Shown in pieces: positions 1 to 11,913 of a stretch of 64,000 nucleotides of DNA. Under the pieces are notes generated by a model, which did no database searches, was not told the DNA's origin, and saw nothing but the letters and a program-made list of their open reading frames with translations. Position 1 is the stretch's first letter, and each line of letters begins with the position of its first letter. Origin of the DNA: Macrostomum lignano (lineage: Eukaryota); the NCBI GenBank assembly GCA_002269645.1, contig NIVC01001848.1, positions 62,001-126,000 on the forward strand, read 5' to 3'. Both the position numbers and the translations under genes were made by a program.

Positions 1-2121
1 TTATCTCTCTCAATGTCTCAGCCCCCCTGTGTGTGTTATCTCTCTCAATGTCTCAGCCCCCCTGTGTGTGTTATCTCTCTCAATGTCTCAGCCCCCTGTG
101 TGTGTTATCTCTCTCAATGTCTCAACCCCCCCCCCTGTGTGTGTTATCTCTCTCAATGTCTCAACCCCCCCTGTGTGTGTTATCTCTCTCAATGTCTCAA
201 CCCCCCCTGTGTGTGTTATCTCTCTCAATGTCTCAACCCCCCCTGTGTGTGTTATCTCTCTCAATGTCTCAACCCCCCCTGTGTGTGTTATCTCTCACAA
301 TATCTCAGCTCCCTGTGTGTGTTATCTCTCACAATGTCTCAGCCCCCTGTGTGTGTTATCTCTCACAATGTATCATCCCCCCCGTGTGTGTGTTATCCTT
401 CACAATGTCTCAACCCCCCCTGTGTGTGTTATCTCTCTCAATGTATCATCCCCCCGTGTGTGTTATCTCTCACAATGTATTATCCCCCCGTGTGTGTGTT
501 ATCTCTCACAATGTCTCAGCCCCCTGTGTGTGTTATCTCTCACAATGTCTCAGCCCCTGTGTGTGTTATCTCTCACAATGTATCATCCCCCCGTGTGTGT
601 TATCTCTCACAATGTCTCAACCCCCCCTGTGTGTGTTATCTCTCTCAATGTATCATCCCCCCGTGTGTGTTATCTCTCACAATGTATCATCCCCCTGTGT
701 GTGTTATCTCTCACAATGTCTCAGCCCCCTGTGTGTGTTATCTCTCACAATGTATCATCCCCCTGTGTGTGTTATCTCTCACAATGTCTCAGCCCCCCTG
801 TGTGTGTTATCTCTCACAATGTCTCATCCCCCCGTGTGTGTTATCTCTCACAATGTCTCAACCCCCCCCTGTGTGTGTTATCTCTCTCAATGTATCATCC
901 CCCCGTGTGTGTTATCTCTCACAATGTATCATCCCCCTGTGTGTGTTATCTCTCTCAATGTCTCAGCCCCCTGTGTGTGTTATCTCTCACAATGTATCAT
1001 CCCCCTGTGTGTGTTATCTCTCACAATGTCTCAGCCCCCTGTGTGTGTTATCTCTCACAATGTCTCAGCCCCCCTGTGTGTGTTATCTCTCACAATGTCT
1101 CATCCCCCCGTGTGTGTGTTATCTCTCTCAATGTCTCAACCCCCCCTGTGTGTGTTATTTCTCACAATGTATCATCCCCCTGTGTGTGTTATCTCTCACA
1201 ATGTCTCAGCCCCCTGTGTGTGTTATCTCTCACAATGTGTCATCCCCCTGTGTGTGTTATCTCTCACAATGTCTCAGCCCCCTGTGTGTGTTATCTCTCA
1301 CAATGTCTCAACCCCTGTATGTGTTATCTCTCACAATGTCTCAGCCCCTGTGTTTGTTATCCTTCACAATGTCTTAACCCCCCTTTGTGTTATCTCTCAC
1401 AATGTCTCAACCCCCTGTCTGTTATCTTTCACAATGTCTCAACCCCCTGTCTGTTATCCTTCACAATGTCTCAACCCCCCTGTGTGTGTTATCTTTCACA
1501 ATGTCTCAACCCCCTGTCTGTTATCCTTCACAATGTATTATCCCCCCGTGTGTGTGTTATCTGTCACAATGTCTCAACCCCCTGTCTGTTATCCTTCACA
1601 ATGTCTCATCCCCTGTGTGTGTTATCTGTCACAATGTCTCAACCCCCCTGTCTGTTATCTTTCACAATGTCTCAACCCCCTGTCTGTTATCTTTCACAAT
1701 GTCTCAACCCCCTGTCTGTTATCTTTCACAATGTCTCAACCCCCTGTCTGTTATCTTTCACAATGTCTCAACCCCCTGTCTGTTATCTGTCACAATGTCT
1801 CTTCCCTTGTGTGTGTTATCTGTCACAATGTCTCAACCCCCCTGTCTGTTATCTTTCACAATGTCTCAACCCCCTGTCTGTTATCTGTCACAATGTCTCA
1901 TCCCCTGTGTGTGTTATCTGTCACAATGTCTCAACCCCCCTGTCTGTTATCTTTCACAATGTCTCAACCCCCTGTCTGTTATCTGTCACAATGTCTCATC
2001 CCCTGTGTGTGTTATCTTTCACAATGTCTCAACCCCCTGTCTGTTATCTCTCACAATGTCTCAACCCCCCTATCTGTTATCTCTCACAATGTCTCAACCC
2101 CCCTATCTGTTATCTCTCACA
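1..2121. repeat. Minisatellite, ~32-36 bp unit (TTATCTCTCACAATGTCTCAGCCCCCTGTGTGTG), about 60 copies, runs off the window start
   Basis: Tandem units are read directly. Unit variants drift from left (TCTCTCAAT...TGTGTGTG) to right (TCTTTCACAAT...TGTCTG). The long ORFs here are translation artefacts of the repeat. Confidence 0.97.
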
Positions 2122-2172
2122 ACTTAGCCACCCAGTCTACCGCTTCCGCTGCACTTCAGACCAGCTCTGTAC

Positions 2173-2182
2173 CTCTCTCTCT

Positions 2183-2252
<70 letters not shown>

Positions 2253-2278
2253 TCTCTCTCTCTCTCCCCCTCTCTCTC
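2173..2278. repeat. (CT)n microsatellite
   Basis: Seen directly. Confidence 0.97.
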
Positions 2279-2524
2279 ATTTACACCATTGTCCATCTTA
2301 CGATATCTAGTTCCCTTCTTACTCATGGCCTTTAAAAGAAGCTTTATATGCATTAATAAATAGGTATAAAACGACATCATTTATTTTCTATCCTCTATAT
2401 CAGACTGAACGACTGTATAGCTCGTACTGAAGCCTCAGTGCATGCGTATCAAGAGAAAAAAGTTTGAAAAAAATATAACGGTGAATCAGCTTGAATGGAG
2501 AATGGATGAAGAAATCAACAATGA

Positions 2525-2703
2525 AGTCAGTCAGTCAGTCAGTCAGTCAGTCAGTCAGTCAGTCACTCAAGTCAGTCAGTCAGTCACTCAGTCACTCAAG
2601 TCAGTCAGTCAGTCAGTCAGTCAGTCAGTCAGTCAGTCAGCCAGTCAGTCAGTCAGCCAGTCAGTCAGTCAGTCAGTCAGTCAGTCAGTCAGTCAGTCAG
2701 TCA
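2525..2703. repeat. (AGTC)n microsatellite
   Basis: Seen directly. Confidence 0.97.
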
Positions 2704-2812
2704 GAAACTCTCATTTCTCCCTCGTTTCTCCGCATGTTTTGAACTAAATTTCTGTCGGGCCCGTAGGGAAATCTTTTGAATTCCAATATCAAGCGCGAGT
2801 TCGAGAAGACGG

Positions 2813-2868
2813 GGAGAGAGAGAGGGAGAGAGGGAGAGAGGGAGAGAGGGAGGGAGGGAGAGAGAGAG

Positions 2869-2930
<62 letters not shown>
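2813..2930. repeat. (GA)n / GA-rich microsatellite
   Basis: Seen directly. Confidence 0.95.
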
Positions 2931-2932
<2 letters not shown>

Positions 2933-3418
2933 CAGAGAGGACCTTCGTATTCGTAAGGAGCAGGCGAAGCAAGCTCCAGGCAGGACTCAAAAGAGGCTGA
3001 CTGGCTATTCACGCCGCGGTGAGCTTTGAAGATGAAGAGCATCTGCCGGCGGGAAGGCCGGAAGAGAGCTTCCTTTATATCGAGAGAGGGGAGGGGAAAG
3101 ATTTGGTCCCGTCGCGTGTCAATCCTCTCCGTTCCGATTAACCCTGCTGGGCGGAAGCAACCATGGGGACTGGCTGGACTGTACGGCCTCTTTGGCTGGC
3201 GGAAGTCTCTCGGTGGCAAGGAATGACGCCCCCCCCCCCTAATTTATCCTAAGCCTCCTATATACCGCAACCATTATTCCAGCCACCGAGTTCCAATTGC
3301 TAAGAAGGCAATTTTAGAAACGGCTGAGACTTTAAGCACACTTAAAGTACTTTCAATCTTTACTTTGCTGACATACCACTATTACTATTGGTGGTAAACT
3401 TGGCCATTTTCACTGACC

Positions 3419-4081
3419 ATGCATGACCATCCCGCGATAAATTTCAGTCACTCTCAGCAGCTCAGCATGGGTCAGAGCGCTGGCGGCGGCTCCTCCGCCT
3501 CGCCGGCCGAGCTCCGCTGGCTGCACGTCAGCCGGGCTGGCGGCCGCAGCCTGTCGGCCGAGTGGCGCTGGGCCCGGCCGGCCTTGGCGCGGCGCCGCCT
3601 CCGCGATTGTCACGTGATGTTTGTGCGCAACGCCGCCCGCCAGTTAGTGGACATCAGCCAGGTGCCGCTGGAGCCCACCTGGCGTCAAGACTGCCTGGCG
3701 AGCGGCCTGGAGCCGGACACGACCTACCGGGTCTGCCTGCGGTGCACCTGGACAGCGTCAGCTGACAACGACACCGTCACCCAGGCGTCCTCAATGCACT
3801 GCACTGACGCCAGCACCGGTCTGGCGCACGTGTCAGCCGGTGCCGGCAGCGCAATCGGCGCCGTGTTGGCGCTACTGTCGGTCCTGGCGCTGCTGCTGGC
3901 CTCCAGGCGAGCCCGGCGCTGCCGCAAGGCCAACCAGCGCCAGTCGTCGGCCAAGAAGCTGCTGCAGGAGGCCGCTTCGCCGACAAGCGGAAATTCGCCA
4001 GCCTGGCGGGGCGCGGCCGTGGCAATGACAGCGGGCACCTCGTCCGGCTCAGATGACGATGAAGGCTGCGGAGGCGGTGGA

Positions 4082-4127
<46 letters not shown>

Positions 4128-4510
4128 GCGTCGGTGACCGGAGCACCACGACGCCCAGCGACGAGACGATGACGCCGCCGCCGCTGCAGCCGCCACCACC
4201 GCCGCCGCCGCCGCCTCCACCGCCACTGGCTACGCCGAGCCTGTGCGAAACAGACGATGAAACGGCGATCCTGCCGTCGCTCTCCGCGCCGGCGCCGCAG
4301 ACGCCATCGAGTCTGGCCGGCGCCAGCGCCATTCTGGACCTGCAGCCGGCCGACCCCGGCCCAAAGCGGGTCATCCAGGTCAACGGCACGGACGAGTACT
4401 CCATTGACCTGCGAGTCTGCGAGGCCCTGCTTGGCGCGGATGACCAAAATCCGGCCGCAGCCGCGTCCACTGCGCCGCCCCTCTTCACCCAGCTGATTGA
4501 GACCCTGTGA
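3419..4510 (+). CDS. Fibronectin type III domain + single transmembrane helix + Gly/Pro-rich cytoplasmic tail; probably the last exon of an LRR/Ig/FN3-type cell-surface protein
   Basis: GC-rich ORF with an FN3-like C-terminal strand motif (GLEPDTTYRVCL), a hydrophobic segment AIGAVLALLSVLALLL followed by the basic stop-transfer SRRARRCRK, poly-Gly and poly-Pro runs, and C-terminal IETL*. There is no signal peptide and there are AG acceptors near 3447-3460, so the true 5' end is uncertain. Confidence 0.72.
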
Positions 4511-5546
4511 TGCCGTTGACGAACTGTACTTTATTTGGCAGTGCACTTAAAGTGTCCTGCAGCAGTTAACTGAGCGTGAAAATTTCTTTCAAATCGCAAA
4601 AAATATTTTGAAAGCCCAGCTTTGCTTCCTCGAAATCTGTAAAGCTTTGGACATGGACAGCTTGACAAGCTAATTGAGAATTTAACACGCAAGTTTGAGA
4701 ATCACGCCATTTTCTGTTGTTTCGCCTCGCTCGTAACCCCTGCCACTCTTTGCATACGAAATGGCACCCCCCCCACTGTGAGTTCTGCTGATCGAAGGCG
4801 GCTCGTTGACGCAGTGAACGGTGGCTACTCCCGGTTCCGCATTATGCACCGAGTAAAGTGGCTGAAGCACGCATATTTAACTTCTCTCTGCGTTGCATCC
4901 TCAATTTGCGTGTCAGGCTGTCTACGGTGGCAATGCAATCAAGGACTACTACTCAAGTAGTCCTTGATTTGGAGTTCAGAAGGTGAGAAACGTCGAAATT
5001 CGGAACGGTTATATAGGCTAAGTGTTAAAGCTAACAAAAATCAATCTTATGTAGCCAATGCATTTTTTTATTGAAGTTAAATTGGCTTTTGGACAAATTA
5101 TTTCATAAATTTGATGATTAACAAATTATTCGTCCATATATTCCACCAGCAAGAGTCGTTAAAATTAAAATGCATGCACTCATGCCTCTGTGGATAGAAA
5201 GTGTTATTAATTGTATTACTAATACTTTGAATCCTACAAATTAAGCTGTTATTAGCTCGTAGAAGCTTCAAAATTAAACTTTTTAATTATTGCATCAAAT
5301 TATTATGAATTCTCATTATAACAGCCCATTAAATGAGTTGTGCTCGAATCTTTCCAACTTTGCCGGCTTTAAATAATTACATAAGTAATTCTAAAATATA
5401 AATAGATGAGCAATGAAATCTAAAGAAATTTTATGACAGTGTTTCTCAATTGGAAATAATCGTCCAATCAAATATCATTTTAAAGGCCAATTGGCCTTGG
5501 ATGGATCTTAATAGACAAAAATATAAATTTTGTTTTCTATGATTTA

Positions 5547-6663
5547 TACAACAACAACAACAACAGAATAAGCAGTTAGCGTCACAGGGCGCGCTTCAAG
5601 GCCAGGTCGCGAATGAACGCCACGCCGCCGGCCGAATCCGGAGAGCCGGCGCCAGCCAGCAGGAAGTCGACGAATCGACGAGTGCGCGCCTGTCCCCACC
5701 GGTAGGGTGCCTGCAGCGTTAGCAGCAGCACCTCCTGCACCGGCTCTGGGCAGTACGACTCGGCGCGGATGATGTGGCCTGCCAGCTGGAGTCGCCGACG
5801 CCGCAACAGGTCGCTTGGACGGACCAGGCCGGCGCGGCGATACAAAGCCGTGTTGGTCACTCGCTCGTAGCCGATCTTGAAGGCGGCGCGCAGCAGGCCA
5901 GCATGCGCCGCGTTAACTTGTTGCTCGAGCGACTCCGTCAGCGTCCAGGTCTCGGCATTGTACAGCAGGACGGTCTCGATCACAACGCCGCCCTCTGGCG
6001 GTCAGGTAGGGCCTCGGACTGCAGGACTGCCCTCACAGAACAAAAGGCAGCCCAGGCAAGCCCGCGGCGACGCCGCAAATCCTTGCGGACGCCGGGAACC
6101 AGACCGCCGAGGTAGACGAACTGCTGACAACGCGGAAGCTCTGTCGCCTGTCCATCAGCGCCTCGGCACAAAATCGCAGCCTCGGTGTCGTCCGGCTCGC
6201 AGAGCACAATAGTCTTCTGCGTGTTGACCACCAGGCTGACACTCGCCGCAACAGCAACTAGCTTGTCCAGTTGTCGCTGGACGCCCTCGACAGTTGCATG
6301 AGGACAGCAGGGCGAGATCGTCGGCGTAGCCAAGCACGCTGAGCCGCCTCTCCGGTTGACGTCGACCCATGCGTCGCCGCAACAGAAAGCCGTCGTCATT
6401 GGTAGGAAGAGCGGTCCGCAGCACCCAGTCAAGCACCAGAACGAACAGGAACGGCGCAAGCGTATCTCCCTGAAGAACCCCGGAGGATGTCTCAAAGAAG
6501 TCCGATAGGCCGTCCGGTGTTGAAACAGCAGCTTTCTTATCACGGTACATCGCCATGATGGCGGAAATCAGCTGCTCTGGCACGTTGTACGCACGGAGCA
6601 CCTTTGGGAACGCAGACCTGACGACCGGGTCGAATGCCTTCTTGAAATCTATGAAGATAATCG
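5547..6663 (-). mobile_element. 5'-truncated, frameshifted RTE-clade non-LTR retrotransposon (RT domain and C-terminus)
   Basis: Minus strand reads IFIDFKKAFD...GVLQGDTLAPFLF...GYADDLALL (RT motifs), then FVYLGG and ETVLLYNAETWTL...LQLAGHIIR (RTE-type C-terminus). There is a frameshift after YADD (extra TGCA near 6295) and a deletion near 5983. The element ends in a (TTG)n tail at 5547-5566. No TSD was found. Confidence 0.92.
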
Positions 6664-8254
6664 ATCGACTGGCGTATCAGTGCTTACTCGATGACTTGCC
6701 GAAAAGCTATACTATGGGTTCATAATGAAATTTTTATTTCTATAGAGAATATAAATTTTCAAAAAACACTACTGCACAAGGCCTACATGGGTTTAATTGC
6801 AGTTCTCTTCTGGATTTGAGGGCAGGAATTTTGTCTCATCATTTCAATCAAATATTATATAAATTGGTATTACATGTAAGCGAATGTTTTCAAAGGCGAT
6901 TTGATTTCTATTTTGAATCTTTTTGCCCCCAAAAAGTCATGAAAGAACTGTTCAAATATATCTTGCTTAGATATAAAAAATTATCCTTCTCAAAGTTCGA
7001 TGCGTTCGATCTTCACTAATTCCACAAAATTTTGTGAGTCTACCTAGCTGCGCTGCTAAAATATTAAAAAACAAGTTACAAAATCGTATTTCTTTCAACC
7101 AATCAACCAACGAATTAGCTTTATTTAGGAATGCAATAGCCAGCGCCACACAAAAAACACAGTCAACTAAAATAGAAGGACTCTACACTCGATTTTCTTT
7201 AAAAAAATCTTAGCGAATTTGGTCGATAAAACTCCGTGCTAGAAAAATTCAACTTCCAGGACAAACCAAATGCACTAGTAATACGACATGTACATGTTCC
7301 GGTGACTAGTTCATTTCTAAGACTAAGAGAATCGAGAGTAACTTCCTTATGCTTGAATTGTCCACGGTTGAAACTTGCAAGCCTTAGTAAAATTAGTTTT
7401 TACATTTGAACGGTCTACAACGTAATTATTTATAGCTATAACTAACAGAGCTCAATATTAAAAAAAAACTCACAAAGTTTTGGATAAACTTTAAGAAAAA
7501 TTTTAAGTTTATAGAGATTTCTTAAGTCTAACGATTAACTTTTATTAATATGTAATATAACGAATATATGTAAATAATATTTCGAAATTATTCAAAAAAT
7601 AGCATGGTTTTGTACTACTCGATATTTGTTATATTGACAGGTTATTTAACTACCTTTCTTGAATCGCATTTTAGAAGAATCGTTTTGCATCAAGGTGATG
7701 GTGGGCCTTATCATATTGCTTGCTCTGGTTCCAGAACCAGAACCAATTTGTGAAGTATAACTTTTTCTCTCCATAACTAGAGGGAAATACGTGCTATAAA
7801 GTTTTTATTATTGAATGACAATCGCCAAGAAGAAAGTAAAAAATTGTGCTAAGTTAGGTTGTTAAGGCAGTCCAATATTAACAGAGTTTAATAGTTATAC
7901 TGCTGTTTTTCTTGGAATTCCGAACCGATTCTGGTTCTGGAATTGGTAATATGAAAAGGCCCGGTGACAAGGCATACGGATACGGTATCTGTTTATTTAT
8001 TTATTCCCTACCTAAAATCTTGTCCTATAAAGCTACTAAAAAAGTAAAAAATTCCAGACGCTCTTTCAAATACCTTACTTATACAAATATCGTTTAAATC
8101 GTATTCATCGATCATGTAAAAATAATCAACCTTTTGAACAAATATTAAATACATCGAATCATATTGGCAAAACAGGTTCTTTATTACCTGAGCCAAACTT
8201 ACTACTTACTACTACTTACTTTGTTTAATCGACATTAATATATATTTGTTGTTA

Positions 8255-8553
8255 CCATACATGCGCAACAGTCGGCCGAGTCGGCCGATCCGGCCGACCG
8301 ATTTGGCGGCCAACCAAGGAAGTCGCAAAAACACCTACCCAAAAAAACACCCAAGTAGTAGTACTAAGTAGCTGACGAGGCATTTTTGCTTAATAAGACA
8401 GACAGAGTTACTCCTGCCGTTTACCCAAAGTTGCGTTAATTTTGCTTTAGGGTTTTTTACATGTAAGTCGCATTTTTAGCCAAAAACTACGTCGCATTTT
8501 TGTTAAAACTAAGTCGCACGGCCGACCAAATTTTGGAGGTTGCGCATGTATGG
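8255..8553. mobile_element. 299-bp MITE with perfect 15-bp TIRs and a TTGTTA target duplication
   Basis: CCATACATGCGCAAC (8255-8269) and its exact reverse complement GTTGCGCATGTATGG (8539-8553) are flanked on both sides by TTGTTA (8249-8254, 8554-8559). Subterminal CGGCCGA motifs are repeated. Confidence 0.85.
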
Positions 8554-8938
8554 TTGTTACCCTGGCCCTGGCACCTGGCCTACCCTGAGACCTGGCATAC
8601 AGTCTCAGTCAGTTCGAGACAACAAGAATGCTAGCCCAATAGCTGAGAAATTTCGAGCGATTGCACATTTTGAATGCCATCATACCTCAACCTCAGTACC
8701 TTGTACTACTTGTACCTCATCCTCAGTATCTTTGGTAGGCCAGGCCATATCCACACCAGTCATTTTGGTTTTGGCCATGCCTACGGATGTTTTGCCCCAG
8801 ACTGTTTTGCCCCAAGTCAATTTGGTCATGGACCAGTTTGGCCAAGGCTTCGGCAAATGCCTATCATTGAAATTTCTTATACTTATGTAGCTTTATGCAT
8901 AGAAAGATAAAAAACTAAACGGATGTACTTTATTGCTA

Positions 8939-10256
8939 CAAATTATAAAAAATTACCAAAAAGCAACTTACCTGTGAAAGAAACCATTAAACAAAATTAA
9001 TGCAATTTTGGATAAATGTAAAGAGCAACTATGACTAGCCTATCTTATTAAGGCTAAATGCTTTATTATATAATTAGTACTAGGCCTATATCTTATAGTT
9101 TTGAGTAGGCATTTTATGATTAGGAGTTAAGAGTTCCATATTAATTAGGAGTTGTCAAAAATGAAGTGGACTTTTGGGGTACACAAACCATAAAGTGTCA
9201 GTTTCGAAGCAACTCTAAAAATAGAATCAGACTTTGCAGCCCAACCAGTTAGGCTATTTTAGTCTATTTGTAAAAAGATAGAGAAAATTTTTTATCAATA
9301 CTTGTAGATCCTGTAAGCAAGGTCAGAATGAGCTGATTTTGCACAGATAACTTCAGTCCCATATAGGTTTTCATTGGATTACTTTGTTACCAAATTCTCC
9401 AAGGACAAGTTGACTAAATGTGCATTATTAAAATTGAACTAGAGTTGGCAAAAATTGAAGCTTGATCTGTCAATATTGATTGTAGCAGTAGATTTTGAGT
9501 GCCTGACCATAGAGTATCAATATTGAAGAGGAGTTTGTTGGTTTTAAAGTTTTCCTTGTTCAAAATCGAGGGTAAAATGGTGTAGTAGGGCCTAGCTTTA
9601 GCTTATATAATATATATCACATTTGGTTTATAATTACCTAAATATTTCCTTGTATGTTTGATAACTATAAACTATGTCAAATATACTAAAAATTGTAGTA
9701 TAATATCTATAGTATATACTTAATAGATATTCTATTATGTTTAACAAGCATATACATTTACAACTATTGGCCAACCTAGCCAACTTGGCTATTATAAATT
9801 GTTATAAACTAGGGATTAAGAATTACAAAATTGAATTAACCAAAAATGAAAAAAGCCAAGATCAAGGAAAGAAAAAAGAAAGCAAAAGAAACAAGAAAGA
9901 GAAAAAAAGCAGTATAAAAAATAATGGTGAAGCAAAAGAAAAACAAGTTGCATTAGTAGCAAATCAAGTTGTACAAATGATTAGATAAATTGCAAAAAGG
10001 ATTAGGTAAATTGCAAAAGGAACAAACTAAGTCACAAAATGATTATATAAGTTGCAATAAGAGCAACTAAGTCATAAAAATGCCTACCCAAAAATATAAG
10101 ATATAGTAGGCCTACTAATTATATAATAAGGCATTTAGCCTTAATAAGATAGTCATAGTTGCTTTTTCCATTTATCCAAAATTGCATTAATTTTGTAATG
10201 GCAATATGGTTTTTTTTCACAGGTAAGTTGCTTTTTGGTCATTTTGTATATAATTT
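8939..10256. repeat. Long imperfect inverted repeat: arms ~8939-9120 and ~10073-10256, spacer ~950 bp
   Basis: The reverse complement of the right arm aligns by eye to the left arm, with shared blocks ACCAAAAAGCAACTTACCTGTGAAA, CAAAATTAATGCAATTTTGGATAAATG and TATCTTATTAAGGCTAAATGC. Confidence 0.88.
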
Positions 10257-10587
10257 GATCATTGTCCATATAAATATAAATTGCTAGTGCTTTGATTGGA
10301 AGCAATAAGGGATTGGCTTCTATTGCTTTAGGCTTTGGGCATAGGTTTTATAATAACAATTACATTAGTCTGCAAGTACCATATGCAAATAGCTATATTA
10401 CACTTAAAATCTCCTTATGATCTGCTAATGCTAACAGCTTCAGTTTTGTATATGCTTGCACCCTTAGCTTTCTCACTAGCCTACATGCTTAAAAGATTAA
10501 TAAATCAAAGCAAGACAACTGGGTTATAATTTTCACCTAACAAGTAGCTTAGCTATAGATACTACTACTTGAGAATGAATGATTGAA

Positions 10588-10949
10588 AGGGGCCCATAGC
10601 CCAGCAGTCTAGCGCAGGCTCTGGCATGCCAGCAACCCAGGCTCGATTCCAAGTGCAGTCACATTAATTTGGGGCTGAATTGGAATCTCAGCTTGGCTCT
10701 GCTTGTGCAATTAATGGCCTTGAGAGCCAACCCCCCAAGGCGCAGTGAAGTGTACATGCCTAATGATAATATAAAGTAGGGCCGCTGTACACTCTTGTGT
10801 GAGTGTGTGCCTGCGTATGTATCCACGCGCTTGTATGCCTGCTCAGGGGAGTCGGCGGAATGGACAGTAATGCCTCTCGCCGGTTGTGTGCCTATGTCGC
10901 TTAAAGTGTGCCAGAGTGCACACAACCCCCTGCCTCTAATAAAAAAATA
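10588..10949 (+). mobile_element. tRNA-derived SINE, family A, copy 1
   Basis: A-box-like TAGCCCAGCAG, B-box-like GGCTCGATTCC, A-rich tail and a 14-bp TSD AATGAATGATTGAA (10574-10587 / 10950-10963). A near-identical copy is at 27894-28261. Confidence 0.92.
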
Positions 10950-11604
10950 AATGAATGATTGAATTATTGTGAAGTAGGACTAGGATCCCAATGGTCAATC
11001 CCAAGATTTTCAAATCTTAGACAAGTGTGATCCCAGGATTTAGAATCCTAGGATTTAGACATAATCAAAATCTTGGGATTTAGGCATAATAAAAATCCTA
11101 TGATTCAGAATCCTAGGATTTGGGCCTAATCTGAAGATTGTATATTCCCTATAAATAATACAAAAAGCCACCAGTGTCTAATACCAAAATCTCTAATATC
11201 AAATAGTCTAAGCCTAGTATTCCATTATGCTCTAGTATACTTCAAGAGAAGATTAACAAAGTAAATAGGAAATAGGTTTTGTCTTTCAATTTTCACCATA
11301 AATTAGTAATAGTTAATAGCATATAGTCAAGTAACTGAATATGTTAACAATGCATAATAAAGTAAGCCAATTTGTTAATAGAGTTGACTAATTTAGTGGC
11401 ATCCATGGGCCTAGGTCATCTGCCTAAATTTGTGTTATAGTAAGCCTATTTCATTATATTTTATGGATTATCCTAGGTCCAATTTTTGTCACTTTTTTTC
11501 CAAATCCAGCTTTCTGGTGTCATTAAAAGCAGAATGATATATCTTTTGTGTTTGTGTACATAGATTACTCGGGGCTCCACTTCACGAGCTTAAGTTGACA
11601 GGCC

Positions 11605-11913
11605 TTTAGAAGCCCAAGTTTGCAGGCATAATAACAACTTACTAATTGGTTCAGCAATAATGTACATTGGCCAGTCCACTGAAATGTACATGGCAGCTTT
11701 AGGCTGGAATTCCAAGGCAATAAATAATGGGGTGGGGGAGCAGTGTGGAAAGGCGCGGTTGGAGGGTTTAAGCTGGGGTTGGGGGTATGCCTAAGAGCCA
11801 ATAAATGAGCCTTGGATTTAAAAATAAACTAAAATGCTTCTGGTTTAACTTACTACTGAACTGAAAGTAGTTTACACGCATTACATGCAAATGTGCTGAG
11901 TGGCCCATCTAGT
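11605..11913 (+). repeat. Dispersed repeat, copy 1 (copy 2 at 19736-20048); unclassified, diverged
   Basis: Shared blocks TTTAGAAGCCCAAG, GCCAGTCCACTGAAATGTACATGGCAGCTT, GTGTGGAAAGGCGCG.TTGGAGGGTTTAAGCTGGG and TGGCCCATCTAGT occur in the same order and orientation. Confidence 0.85.

Noticed and set aside
13-2363. Four long ORFs (246-776 aa)
   Set aside because: They are translations of a minisatellite with no stop codons in several frames; the peptides are periodic and open in all three plus-strand frames.
3724-4546. Minus-strand ORFs of 149-254 aa
   Set aside because: They are antisense shadows of the GC-rich FN3-TM exon and have no domain features of their own.
4745-4960. Short ORF SSADRRRLVDAVNGG..., vaguely like a transposase N-terminal helix-turn-helix
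   Set aside because: Too short, with no catalytic motifs and no TIRs found.
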